From: Podarcis liolepis
Lineage: Eukaryota
Assembly: GCA_965112155.1 (NCBI GenBank)
Contig: OZ218105.1
Strand: one strand, 5' to 3'
DNA: 64,000 bases
Part shown: piece after piece, positions 11,701 through 23,897 of the stretch
Layout of the letters: every line of letters starts with the position of its first letter
How positions within the stretch are numbered: the first letter of the stretch is position 1
Position numbers and translations under genes: made by a program
Notes under the pieces: generated by a model
Told to the model about the DNA's origin: nothing
Seen by the model: only the letters and a program-made list of their open reading frames with translations
Database searches by the model: none

Positions 11701-13404
11701 AAGCTAGGGACTTGTTGGCTCAAACAAGATCGTTAAACACAAATGATAACAAGTGTGCTCATTGCAGCTTTGTTGCACATTCATTTTCTTCTCTGGAAGT
11801 ACATATCAAACGCAAGCACACTAAAGAATTTGAATACTATTGCATGGCCTGCGACTATTATGCAGTTACTCGCCGAGAGATGATCAGGCATGCAGCAACA
11901 GAGAAGCATAAAATAAAAAGGCAATCTTATGTATGCAACACCTCTGGAGAAGAGACAGATGTGGCCGATACTGGCAAGGAGCAGCAACCCACAGATGGAA
12001 TTCAGATCCTCCTGGACGGAACAAAATACCAAAACACCGTTGAGGAGAAATGTCTGGATGTGCAGGTCACTCAGAAAGTGAAGAAAGCCCTTAATTATTT
12101 GGTTTCGGAAGATGGTACCCCTTCAGAGGTTCCCAAAGAAGTTTATGTTGCCGATACTGTAGATGTTGAGACAAATGATGGAGTTGATCAAGGCAGGGAA
12201 GAGGGAGTCAGTGAAGAAAATGTTCCAAAAGCTGTAGTCGAGGTTCATGAGGTGTTCACACATAAAGAAACAGTTCATTGTGTCCTGCAGGAAAATGTGG
12301 AAGATCAGAGAACAGTCACGTCAAATTTTAATTTTACCATAGAAACTGGAAGTAAAAACTTAGCTGTTAGCAAAGATTCTCCAGATATGAATTTGATCTC
12401 AAATAAGATGGAGGAAGACTCTGAAGGAGAACTTCCGAGTATTGCAGTAGCTGCTGAGGAAGTGAAAAATGAAGAAATTCAGTTGCCCATCATTTCAGAA
12501 ACATGTTGCACACTAGAGCAACAAACTATTGATGAAGATATTGAAGGAACTATGAAAACTATACATAATTTAGAGGAACAGAAAATGACCCAGCAGAGTT
12601 CTGCTATAGAGGAAGAAGGAACTCTGTCAGCTGAACAACATGAGGTCGAAGTATCATTAAACAATATTTGGGGTTCAGAGGTCTCAATAGTTGAAAGCGT
12701 TCAAGAAAGTAATGAGGCATCAGATGCTTTTGCCGGTGCTGAGGGCAGAGTGAAGGAGGAGATAGCAGTGCAAAATTGTGGCCAGTTTGATTCCTCTATT
12801 GTAAAATTAAAAAGCCACGAAGATGGTTGTGAGCCAGTTGATCACATTGCTGATGGACAGAACCTGAGTGGGCTGAGAACTTTGAAAGCGGATGTCCCAC
12901 AAGGTGGTGGAAAGAAGAAGAAAGCAGAAGGGCAGCCGCTTGGGGAATCGACACGCATTCGCTGCGATGACTGTGGCTTTTTAGCAGATGGCTTGAGTGG
13001 CCTGAATGTTCACATAGCTATGAAACATCCTTCAAAAGAGAAACATTTCCACTGTTTACTGTGTGGAAAGTCATTTTATACTGAAAGTAACCTGCACCAG
13101 CATTTAGCTAGTGCGGGCCACATGAGAAATGAACAAGCAAGTGTTGAAGAACTGCCGGAAGGGGGCGCCACCTTTAAATGTGTTAAGTGCACAGAGCCTT
13201 TTGATTCGGAGCAAAATTTATTTCTTCATATTAAAGAACAACATGAAGAGCTGCTACGGGAAGTCAACAAATATATTGTTGAAGATACTGAGCAAATCAA
13301 CCGAGAGAGAGAAGAAAATAAAGGCAATATTTGCAAATACTGCGGGAAGATGTGCAGAAGTAGCAATTCCATGGCCTTTCTGGCTCACATTCGAACCCAT
13401 ACAG
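8709..13404 (+). CDS. ZNF407: ZNF407 first coding (giant) exon, 1565 codons + 1 nt; many C2H2 and matrin/U1-like zinc fingers
   Basis: Uninterrupted ORF. First ATG at 8709 (aggATGg; the ORF-track start at 8682 is TTG). Polypyrimidine tract + AG acceptor at 8640-8641; donor ACA G|GTATGT at 13404/13405. Diagnostic peptides recalled from ZNF407: GKTHLRRQNLAARGGFV, QCKKCFYKTRSS, KRGRPKG..RTCPHCGLLASSVTNL, CDDCGFLADGLSGLNVHIAMKHP, CGKMCRSSNSMAFLAHIRTHTG. Confidence 0.96.
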
Positions 13405-15131
13405 GTATGTATCAACAAATGGTGCGGGTAGTGCTTTGCAAATGGAAGTTGAGTTAAGGCCTTGCTACTCTTTGCTGCTGTTGTTTTTTAAATCATGAAT
13501 TACTCCAGAGTTTCAAATTTATATTAATCTCATGTTCACTGCTTAATTTCAGGAGTACTCTTTAGTAGACAAGGAGCATTAAACAGAATTTCTTGAAAGT
13601 TCTTGAGTGTGATCTTCTCTTTGTCACTACATTTCTTACAGATTATATCCCCTAGACTCATTGTAATTCATTAATCAGATCGCAGCTTATTATCTGAGTA
13701 TGATTTGGAGAACATTTACCTTTCAAATGACTGTTTGCCTAATCTAGAGTTGCTTGCAAACTTGTTTTATAAAAATAAAAATGGCCTCCATCTATACCTT
13801 CCCCCTCCTTCATTTCTCTAGACAGTTCTGATTAGTGTTGTGACAGTCAAACCATAAGGGAAAGCACTACCTAAGTGCTACTGATATGTTGAGGTGTGGA
13901 GAGTGAGCCATCTGATCTGGCAGTACTACAGGGGTAGGGAACCTCAGACCCAGGGACCCAATGCGTTTTGACTACAATCTTGCTAACACACACTTGTTGA
14001 ATTTATGATTAAAATTAGTGATGGGCAATTCACCCCTACAGGGTGGGAGGTGATGACCCTTTATGGCTTTTCCTTTGCCCAAAGCAGCAACCTGTTGACA
14101 GGTTGGTGGCAATGCTAACCTAATGCTTAACATAGTTTACTTTACCTGGTTTGGATTCAGAAACCACCATTCACATTTAATGGTTGAATGGCGGGTATTT
14201 GTTGCTGCATTGCTGTGTAGAGAATGCTCATTTTTGAAAAAAAGCAAGTAAAGTTATCATGGGATTGCAGTTTGGTCATCATTTTGGAAGGCAGTAGTAG
14301 AGGCAACACAGCACCTGTGAAATTTGGGCCTGGTGATTTAGACTCTGTGCTGTGCCACATGTTCCATTCTCTTTTTATGTTTTATATTAAGTGGAAAATT
14401 TTAAAACAACACTTTTGTCGAAAATGCATAAGCTGCAGTTCTAAATTTATGTAAAAATTCACTGCTATGTTTCTATAAACCTGCCATACATTCTTTATTT
14501 TAAATAGACAGCTTTTCTAAATCACTGAGCTCTGCTTAGACAAGTGGTGTCTCTCTGGGTTGAATTTATGAGTGGATTTGAATAATAAATTCACATTTCA
14601 ATGAACATATTTTCATTAAAACTGTAAGGTTTATTTTACTGTACTTTTAAATAATGGCTTATTATAGAAGCTATAGTTTAAATTCATGCAGTGGTTGAAA
14701 CTTAGTGCTCAGTTACTAGAAAGAAAATGAAAAGGTAAGAGATGCAAAATATTATAAAAGAATATTAATATTCTTTGGTGTAATCCTGAAATAGTTTTTG
14801 TTTCCTTAGAAGAAAGCAAAGCTGAGGCTGAGCTATGTACTTAAGATTCAGTTGCAGAAAGCTGGCATCTTCAGGTGTCTTCTTGTAACTAAAGTATTAA
14901 TTCTTGCAAACCATCAGTATCATCAGCTTAGGAATCCCAGCCTTCTTTTAGCAAGCCAATTCTATACTTGTGCAGATCGTTTCAGGAAATGTTTTTTTTA
15001 AAAAAATTGAATTTGGTGATGAGTTTTTCGATGGCACAGACTGTTCACATGGTCAGAACAGTTTTTATAAGCCCTTTATATGCCCTCTTAAGGCAGATAA
15101 AATGGAATAAAACTACAGGGAAGATGCTAAT

Positions 15132-15559
15132 NNNNNNNNNNNNNNNNNNNNNNNNNNNNNNNNNNNNNNNNNNNNNNNNNNNNNNNNNNNNNNNNNNNNN
15201 NNNNNNNNNNNNNNNNNNNNNNNNNNNNNNNNNNNNNNNNNNNNNNNNNNNNNNNNNNNNNNNNNNNNNNNNNNNNNNNNNNNNNNNNNNNNNNNNNNNN
15301 NNNNNNNNNNNNNNNNNNNNNNNNNNNNNNNNNNNNNNNNNNNNNNNNNNNNNNNNNNNNNNNNNNNNNNNNNNNNNNNNNNNNNNNNNNNNNNNNNNNN
15401 NNNNNNNNNNNNNNNNNNNNNNNNNNNNNNNNNNNNNNNNNNNNNNNNNNNNNNNNNNNNNNNNNNNNNNNNNNNNNNNNNNNNNNNNNNNNNNNNNNNN
15501 NNNNNNNNNNNNNNNNNNNNNNNNNNNNNNNNNNNNNNNNNNNNNNNNNNNNNNNNNNN
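15132..15559. other. N-run (428 bp)
   Basis: Directly visible. Confidence 0.99.
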
Positions 15560-16141
15560 CCCTACTTACATAAGTTACATCATTGATTGTAACATTTAGT
15601 AAAAGTTAGCACACTTTTTAACATCTTGTGCATGTCTTATCAATGAGTGTATTTTTATTCTGCTTTGCATTAGATGTGAATGTGCCGCAAAGGAACCTTT
15701 TTTTGGGTGACAACACATATCTACCATTTCATTTTGCAAATAATTTTTGGGGAGGAAGAGTTACAGAAGAGGTTTTAATCTATTCTCTTTCTCACTGCAC
15801 CTTTAAAATGAATTGCTTTTCTGATAACTTTGCTTATGCACATGAAATAGTAATGCTGGTATTTTTATTAATAGTTAACTGGAAGAGGTTTTTCCTCCTC
15901 TAATTCCTGGTTTCTTCCCCTTCTTCATATTTTCTGATTTACTGAATGTTTTATGCAATGTTTCTTCCCATCTTCGGCCCAATAAAAGCAGTTCTATAAA
16001 GAAATAAATGGGTTTTGGACGCCAAGATTGAGAGGCCAAGGAAGAGCCCCACAATTGTATGCGCCTGCAGGCGGAGCGGAAGGAGCAAACCAACAGCTGA
16101 AGCAGATGCTGGGTTCATCTGCATTTAGTATAACAGCTTTA

Positions 16142-16325
16142 CAGTGCGATCCAATATGTCTACTTATAAGTATGTCCCATTGAATTCAGTGGGGCATACT
16201 TTCAGGCAGGTGGTTATGGGATTTCAGCTTTGCAAAGCCACCATCCTACATAGGTCTTCTCAGAGGTGAAGCCCATTGAGTTCAATGGGACTTATTCCTA
16301 GGTAAGCATGTGTAGGGTTGCAGGA
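16142..16325. repeat. Two tandem copies of a ~90-bp palindromic squamate repeat (core cccattgaNttcaatggg)
   Basis: gtcccattgaattcagtggggcatac and gcccattgagttcaatgggacttattcc cores, each with gcNatcc...ggNttNcag ends. Confidence 0.7.
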
Positions 16326-17409
16326 TTGCTTCTTTACATGCCATTATTTAAAGTGTTTCTCTCTCAAAATCCCCCCTCCCCCTCACCAATAACTAGGGAT
16401 TCCAAATTGTGGAAAATAAAGAGAGTTTCCTTTCCCTGATTCCAAAGCTTCTCACGTAGCAAAGGGGGAGGTTATACAATGTAGTGGATAACAAGCAAGT
16501 CCATCACACTTTGACAAGTGAAAATGAGGAAGTGTCAAGAAAAACAACAGAAAGGTTAGAGGTAGAGGACTTTTCAACTTCCAATTTAGATGGGTCTTGC
16601 ATGCCTAATTAGCAGCCTGAATTCTGAAAATATATATTCACCTATCTCTGTGCTTTCCTTGCTTATGATTTCAGTGGGAGTCACAAATGTTAGGGTTAAT
16701 CATGTGCTTGGCAGAGATACTAATGTGCTCAAGACTCAGTGTTCCAATATTCATGTGCTTAAATGCTTAAATCACTGTGTGTGTTTTTGGTGGTTTATTT
16801 GGCATTCTGGTAGTTGTACGGGACTATTGGAGACCTGAGAAATCTCTTGTTATGAAGATCTCTTCTGAAGGATCACCAAACGAATTTCAAAATATTAATG
16901 CAATATTACTGTTATTTTGTAATTTCCCAGAACATTTCAGTTTTACCATACAGTGGGTATGTGTTGAGGGGAAGAAAGACATTGCAGGGAAACTGGTAGC
17001 AAACATTGATTTAATAATCTGTGACACTGAATTGTAAGTGGCATTCAGAGTTAATGCTTATTTAAAAATCTAAGCAGGGTTTCGATGGAGACTTAACTAG
17101 TGCTGTATACTTAAACACACTAAGAAACATTGAGAAATAAGGGAGGAAAATGCTTACATGGGCCCTACCTACCTTTCATTCCCTCTGTACTCCAGCCTGC
17201 ATAGAACAGCCATTCAATTGAGAATTCAAATGTTCTTAAAACATTTCCTTTATCCCTTTATTTAGGGATCCTTCTTGCATTAATTTCAGTGGTGTGGGAG
17301 CAGCTTGAACATGGTGAGATTTCACTTGCCTATGAAAACATCTGTACTTACAAGCACATGGGTAAAGCCAGTCTTGTGGATCTTTTCCCACCAGTTGTTG
17401 CCCAGATAG

Positions 17410-17478
17410 GACAATATCAGCTGGCTGATGGAAGTTTCAGTCCAGCAACATCGGAAGGACCATAGCTGCCCTACCCTG
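17410..17478. mobile_element. 3' half of palindromic hAT-type MITE
   Basis: ggctgatggaagtttcagtccagcaacatcggaaggaccatagctgccctaccctg resembles the right arm of the 22669 element. Confidence 0.55.
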
Positions 17479-18369
17479 GCTGTACAGAGACAACTGTCTG
17501 ACAACGATCAACGCAGAAAGGGATCTTGCTATGGGGAAATTGTTTCCATTGTTGCTGACATGCAAAAAGGGATCCTTAATCTCTGGGCTGGCTAATCTAT
17601 CTCTGCTGTTCAGTGGTGCTAGGACAGTGGTTCTGAGATGAGAGCTGTACGAAGTAATTTGTCTTAATCAAGATCTGGACTTCACTCTTCCATTTCCATC
17701 TCCTTTTTCATAAGCTTTAAGTAACACCATTGATTCTGAAGATAATTTACAGCTAAAGACCTTTGCAGAGTTATGATCGAATAGCAACAAAATGCAGTCT
17801 TCCTGGACTACAAAATTATGACAGCAGATGAAATTATTATTAAATATTGTTATTATTCAATTTGTAGCCCCATTTATATGCTATGAGCAACTGCACTTTG
17901 GGTGAAGCCATCAAGATTGTGAATATGTGCCCTAAATGGGAATCGTCTCCTTTAAACTAAGGGCCACATCAGATACTGAAACTTTATTCATTCTATGGAA
18001 AAAAGTGAGAGGTCTTAAAACTATAGATAGTAAACGGCATAGTAGTCATGGAAAAGTCAAAACTGGGGAGATGTGTGCTTCACTATGTTTACTTTGGTTG
18101 TTTGTGCATTTAGTTTTTCAGTTGCTCAAACTTTTTAAAGGAAAGCTAGAACTGAAGCCACTTTGTAAGAACTCTTCTCAAAGGTGCGTTATAAAATAAG
18201 TGTGACCCTTTAACGAAAATGTTATGTTTGTAATTCAGCTGGGATTTGAGTTTTACCAGTTATTAGCTGGAAATTCCATTAAGAGAAATGGTAACTCCCA
18301 ATTTGTAGAACTTACTCAGCATCCATTTATTTGCTAATCGGTTATTTGCTGATCTAATGTGATGCCTGT

Positions 18370-18640
18370 TTACAGTGTAAATAAAATGAAAGTGTAAGGG
18401 AGAGGACAGGAGAATAATGAACTTGGGAAGAAGGAAGCATAGAACATTTTGGCTGCCATGGATTTGGCAAGGCTTTGTGGAGAAAGTTGATTTTGCTCAG
18501 GGACTTGAGATGGAGTTTTAGTCTTGATGTCATGAAAATGGGAGCAGGGAAGGAGGAAATGAGCACACCGTAGATGAGCTTGCACAAATGAACAGACAAA
18601 CTTGAGGCAATGAACGAGGGAAGGTGGCCAAAAGGAGGGT
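18370..18640 (-). mobile_element. Ancient L2-like 3' fragment
   Basis: Purine-rich + strand; minus-strand peptide KSLSKINFLHKA resembles the L2 C-terminal FKSLLKTHLF motif. Confidence 0.35.
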
Positions 18641-18794
18641 GATGTGAAAATGACCTATGAGATTGATGTAGAAAATGATAGTGATGCAGTGAGGATGCAG
18701 GAGAAAAAGGGTCATTATCGATCTGATTTTTTTTTAAAAAAACAACCCAACTCTTCAGCCAAAAAAGACTCACAGAGTGGTTTACAGATTGATG

Positions 18795-19100
18795 AAAACA
18801 AGACAGTCCTTACCCCTGCAGCTTGCAGTATAAAAAGACATGACCCTAAAGAAAAATGGATTGAGATGGAGGGGGAAATAAGCAAACTCAGGTACCAGTT
18901 CTTAGTTACCAGTTCTTCTAAGAAGCAGCTGGGATGGAAACATCGAGGAGAATAGGAGCTGAAAGGTACCAGTCTCTCCACTGCACGGGTGGGAATGTAC
19001 CTGTATCCCTCCTCTCTCCTTCTCTTCTGTTGCCCTGAGGCAACATCTGATGGAGGGAGGAGCCTGGCTTCTCAAGAACTGGTGGCGGCTCAGCATCTCT
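18795..19100 (-). mobile_element. Squamate interspersed repeat (L2-tailed), related copy at 60490-60600
   Basis: aagacagtccttacccctgcagcttgcagtataaaaagacatgaccctaaagaaaaatggattgag...agcaaactcaggtaccagttcttagtt aligns with ggacacaccttgcccccaggctcacaatctcaggagatacgtcacaaaaggaagagggactgag...gctgaggcactaattattagtt. Confidence 0.55.
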
Positions 19101-19475
19101 TATTTTCTGCTAAAAACTGAAACAAAAGGCAACATTTTAGTGGAAGGACTTTGAATTAATTTAAGAGGTAGGAAGGATATTGGCATGGTGCACTGGAAAG
19201 ATGAAATTGCACTAATTGCCAAGGCATAATTGGGAGTTTTAGCTATAGATAATAGACAGGGTAAGGAATGGAAGACATAGAGTGGCAAAGCTCTATGGCG
19301 GGGATGGGCAAGCTTCAGCTCTCTGAGATCAACTTACATGTTTCTACTAGAAGGCTATGGATCAGGACCAGGTTCAAAATAGCAGCTCAGGATAAAAAAG
19401 TCAACTTCTGGGGACGTAGCCAGCTACCGTGTCCAGTCATGGATGCATTGCTCAGCACTGCTTTTTGGATACAAC

Positions 19476-19591
19476 CAGTGCTATTTTTCTAGAAAAAGAG
19501 CTGTCAGAACCTACCATCAACGCCTTCCTTGTTCTCTTATAATGGCACTGGTGGCCACCTGAGAGGTGCCAGAACTGGGGAAAAAGCTCTG
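19476..19591. mobile_element. hAT-type MITE with 8-bp target duplication
   Basis: Ends CAGTGCTATTTTT / AAAAAGCTCTG; flanks GATACAAC / GGTAGAAC (6/8); internal repeat ctgtcagaac / gtgccagaac. Confidence 0.65.
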
Positions 19592-19917
19592 GGTAGAACT
19601 CCTGGTTTTTCCCAAGTGTTCTTTGTTTCACCAGCCTAATTTAGGGCATGGGGTGGGGGGAGTCTTTTAGTCATTGCTGTGTTTAGATCGTTGGATGTCA
19701 AACTGATGATTTGTTGCAAATCATCAGAGATCAGCCTTCCCACCCCACCCATGGTCTATGTGACAATTTACACTCTTAAAATGGCCTTGTTTGACATTTT
19801 TCTTGTGAGTAGTTGGCCCTGTACCACAAACCCATGCTGGAACTCCTCTCTATTTCCAAAGCATTTTTTCATGGTGGGCAATTGGCGTTGTGGAATTGAT
19901 TGTTAAAACCATTGCTA

Positions 19918-20141
19918 ATATTTATTTATGTATTGAATTTCTATCCCATCTTTCCTCTGGTGTACAACCTCTGGTGTACATCCCATCTCTCCATTTTATC
20001 CTCACAAAAAGCTTGTGAGGTAGGGTAGGCTGAGGGATAGTGACTGGCCCAAGGTCACCCAGTGAGATTCATGGTTGAGTAGGGACTTGAACCCAGGTCT
20101 CCTAAGTAATAATATGACACTAGCCACTAAACTACACTGGC
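19918..20141 (-). mobile_element. MIR-like (CORE) SINE
   Basis: cattttatcctcacaa..tgtgaggtagggtaggctgag..gtgactggcccaaggtcacccagtgag..ggacttgaacccaggtctcct (reverse B-box), with an AT-rich tail and a local cctctggtgtaca duplication. Confidence 0.8.
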
Positions 20142-20874
20142 CTGGTCCTCCTAGTTGCTAAAAAATGCATGGGACTTAACTATTAATAACCTATAATTCA
20201 ACATCTTTCAAATTACGGAATGATAATCATAATCCAACATGTTGCTGTTGATGCTACAATCTTTGTTGATAATGAAAAATGAATGTAACATTGCAAGGAA
20301 TGATTCTCACATTGTCAAAATTGGCCCCAAACTTGTAAGTGTTTCAGGGCGTAAAGGTTGAATGGGCTCAATAGTATTGCTGGAATTTTGACACTTAAAG
20401 AAGAACAGTGTGTGGTTAGAGCCCATGGAGCACCAGTGATAACAGAATTGGCACAAATTTAACATGTTTCCGTTGGGAAAAGAATCCAAATGAAAGTGGG
20501 ACTGAAGCTGCAGGATATTTTAGCTTTTTGAAATAAAATGGACATATAAATACGAATAGACTGCTTTACCATAGCCAGTCTTAGTCTTGGCATTATATAT
20601 TACCTAATCAGTCTTTAAACTGGTGAGTTAGATCGTCAACTTCAACACTTTGTATTTAATGTGGAGGTAGACTGACTTTACTCAAATTTATTTTATTTTC
20701 ATAGGTCCCTTTATAGAATGCAGTGTTGATACGGAATGCTGCTAAATTAATGGTTAATTCAGTTTTATCAGGATAATTTAAATAAACTGGAATTTTCCAG
20801 TTTGATTGATAGAATGTGATCGCTGTTAGCTGCAGACTCAACCTGCTTTTGACATTTAAACATATAAAGCTGAC

Positions 20875-21108
20875 NNNNNNNNNNNNNNNNNNNNNNNNNN
20901 NNNNNNNNNNNNNNNNNNNNNNNNNNNNNNNNNNNNNNNNNNNNNNNNNNNNNNNNNNNNNNNNNNNNNNNNNNNNNNNNNNNNNNNNNNNNNNNNNNNN
21001 NNNNNNNNNNNNNNNNNNNNNNNNNNNNNNNNNNNNNNNNNNNNNNNNNNNNNNNNNNNNNNNNNNNNNNNNNNNNNNNNNNNNNNNNNNNNNNNNNNNN
21101 NNNNNNNN
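20875..21108. other. N-run (234 bp)
   Basis: Directly visible. Confidence 0.99.
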
Positions 21109-22093
21109 ACCAAGATCCTCAATTTAAACAAAGTCTTCTTTGCAGATATTCTGTGTTCAAGGGCACAGCAGAAAGGTTCATTGATCAAGTATGATGTACT
21201 GTAACATTTTTCTTATCCGAGCTCTTTTATGTATATTTATTAAAGATCCCATATTTCATATTATGCTTAACTATATTGGAGGAAGTTCTTCACAAAACAT
21301 ATCCCAAATATAATATGAAGTATCTGCAAGCATATTGCACTTACTTTTAACTGCAATTCTGGGATTTATGGATATAGAGAGATCTGCTGGTCTTATAAAA
21401 GTTGGAAAGGGTCATGACATACTTTAAAATGATATGTTGCCACTTAATATCCCAGTACTGACACCTGCCAGGTTTAATGACTGCATTTTTGTGATAATAT
21501 AATTGCCTCAATCTGATCAGAAAGTCAACTTCAGTTGCAGTGTACTGTTTTACTTTTTTTTTCTTGGCCTGATTGTGTTGCAAAAGAACAAGCGACTTTT
21601 GCCTTCTTGTGGGGTGGGGGTGGGGGTGGGGAAATCCTATAATTCTTTGGTCTGTTCTAGGCAGTTAAAGTTTGTTCTTGAAATAAATAATAGCCAAAAT
21701 GTCAATACTTCTAGTTTTCAGAATAATCATAAATTCCTGACCATAAAACAGTCATAAAGGTGTAATATTTTATTCACTGTATATTCATACACCGCATGTC
21801 ATTGCAACAGAAAGGCAATGAATCATTCTTTCGGTATTGTCAAAAAGGAAGAAAAAAAAGCGTATGAGCAAGATAGGCCTAAAATATCGGTACTAAGGTT
21901 TAAATTTACTCCTTATCAGAGAGCGTAGCATAGTCAAAATAGGTAATCTGCTCAAATATATTTATCTTACATATTGAACATTTTTTAAAAGGTACACCAG
22001 TTCTTACCAAATGAAGCTGGTGGACTTTTGTGGAAATTGTGCATGAGCAGTCTTTCACTTAAGCACCCTCTACATGAAGCACATCCACCCACA

Positions 22094-22413
22094 GGAAATT
22101 CCGTAGCTCAGGGGTAAAGCATCTGCCTTGGATGCAGAAAGTCCTAGGTTCAATCCCTGGTGTCTCCAAGTAGGACTGGGAGAGACCCGTGTCTGAAATC
22201 CTGGAGAGCTACTGCAGTGACTGTAAAGCAGCATTTCCCAAACTTGGGTCTCCAGCTGTTTTTGGACTACAACTCCCATCATCCCTAGTGAGCAAGACCA
22301 GTGGTCAGGGATGATGGGAATTAGAGTCTGGAGACCCAAGTTTGGGAAACGCTGTTGGAAACAATACAGAACTAGATGGACAAGACTCGGTGTAGGCAGC
22401 TTTCTGTGCTCCT
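22094..22413 (+). mobile_element. tRNA-derived squamate SINE interrupted by a MITE
   Basis: A-box gtagctcaggggtaaagc and B-box ggttcaatccc; body ctggagagctactgcagt; resumes after 22362 with aatacagaactagatggacaa..aggcagctttctgtgctcc. Confidence 0.8.
22229..22354. mobile_element. hAT-type palindromic MITE nested in SINE
   Basis: TIRs CAGCATTTCCCAAACTTGGGTCTCCAG / CTGGAGACCCAAGTTTGGGAAACGCTG (26/27); flanking 8-mers CTGTAAAG / TTGGAAAC (5/8). Confidence 0.88.
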
Positions 22414-22668
22414 CAGATCATGATCATGCCTGGAAACAACAAGGGCATCTGAGAAAAACTCCAGATACACTGGGAAAGCAGGAATGGCTCTCACTCTTTT
22501 TGAAGTAATGGCCTTTAGCAACCCTTTACATTTTAAGTGTTAGTAGCTTTGAGAAGCACTGTGTTTGACTATGGGATAGAACATTCATGCAAAGTATGGA
22601 AGTTCCCAAACTCTCAGGTCACATAACCATTTTTAAAAGTTAACTTAAAATACTTCTTTATAGTATTT

Positions 22669-22806
22669 CAGAGATGGGGAACCTGTGACCCTCAAGATGT
22701 TATTGGACTTCAGCTCCCATCAGCTCCACCTAACATGACTAATGTTTAAGAATGATGGGAATTGTAGTCCGGCAATGTCTGAAGGGCCACAGGTTCCTCA
22801 TCTCTG
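22669..22806. mobile_element. hAT-type palindromic MITE
   Basis: TIRs CAGAGATGGGGAACCTGTG / CACAGGTTCCTCATCTCTG (18/19); internal ggacttcagctcccatca...gatgggaattgtagtcc. Confidence 0.85.
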
Positions 22807-23782
22807 CTGTATCCAACGGTTTACCTTCTGTTTCAGGCTCCTTGATCCAGCAGAGACTTCCCCTTAAAAAATGGGAAGGAAAACCATTTTTTCCCAATTC
22901 ATCTTCCCCCATGCAGTTCCTTGCAACACTTTCCGCATTGTTCCACAGTGTCTGATTGACCTCTGAAGCTGTTTTGTGGGGCCACAGCGGTGCAGGGGGA
23001 ATAAATAAAAATCACCCCTTTTTCTACAGATGGAAGCCTCCATTAAATCCAGGAGTGTTCCATCAGCAGAAGGACACCATTGGATACAAGCCATGGTAAA
23101 TAATGCTGCGAAAGCCTCTCTAGATGGTGAAACTCGAGGTTAACATGATCTTCAGCAGTCAATTTTTCTAGCCATTTCTAGGATGTAATGGATTATGATT
23201 TTGCTTTTGCAAGACCACTTGTGAGTACAAGTGGAGGGGGAAGATCGCCTTAACAAATGGCCGTGCGACCTGGCACAGTTCATCAGAAACCACTGCAGTA
23301 TGAGTTCCATTGATATTAACTAGAACAGGCTTCTGCTGGGTTGCAACCTGAGTTCTAACCGCATTATAATGGGTGAAAACTATGGAAAAAGTTTAGTGGC
23401 CTCATTTTAAAGTTCCCCAAGTGTCTCATCTTCTAATTATCGATACTGTTTCTATAATAAGTGAGTGCTCATTAATGAAAACCCACTCTTGCTAAACTTT
23501 TGTGTTTGAACTTCGGGGAAGTATCTTTAATGAGAAATATGTGGCACGTACCCTAACGGTATCCCTGGAGTTATAAATGTATGCAATAGAAAAATTTCTT
23601 TTCAGGGCTAGGCAAGATTCTGAAACAGGTTAAATATTGGATATTAATTTCCACACCCACCCACTTAAAATAAAAAAATTAAAAAATTAAAAGGCTATTT
23701 TCTTCGCAAACTGTGCTTTCTTTATCCAAGGGTAATATAATATTCTAATTCAACTCCTATCTTTATGCTAAATTTTCCTTAG

Positions 23783-23897
23783 GATCAAAGCCGTTCAAAT
23801 GCAAGATTTGCCACTTTGCAACAGCTCAACTAGGAGATGCCAGAAACCATGTCAAGAGGCACCTTGGGATGAGGGAATACAAGTGTCATGTCTGTGG
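23783..23897 (+). CDS. ZNF407: ZNF407 next coding exon (115 bp): (G)SKPFKCKICHFATAQLGDARNHVKRHLGMREYKCHVC(G)
   Basis: Acceptor ttttccttAG at 23781-23782 and donor GG|GTGAGT at 23898. The phase-1 junction G+GA completes the HTGSKPF linker, followed by one complete C2H2 finger. Not in the ORF track because this frame lacks a start codon. Confidence 0.95.

Larger units (their letters stand above)
13405..23782 (+). other. ZNF407: ZNF407 intron (10,378 bp, GT-AG, phase 1)
   Basis: GTATGT donor and CCTTAG acceptor join the two exons in frame. Confidence 0.9.
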
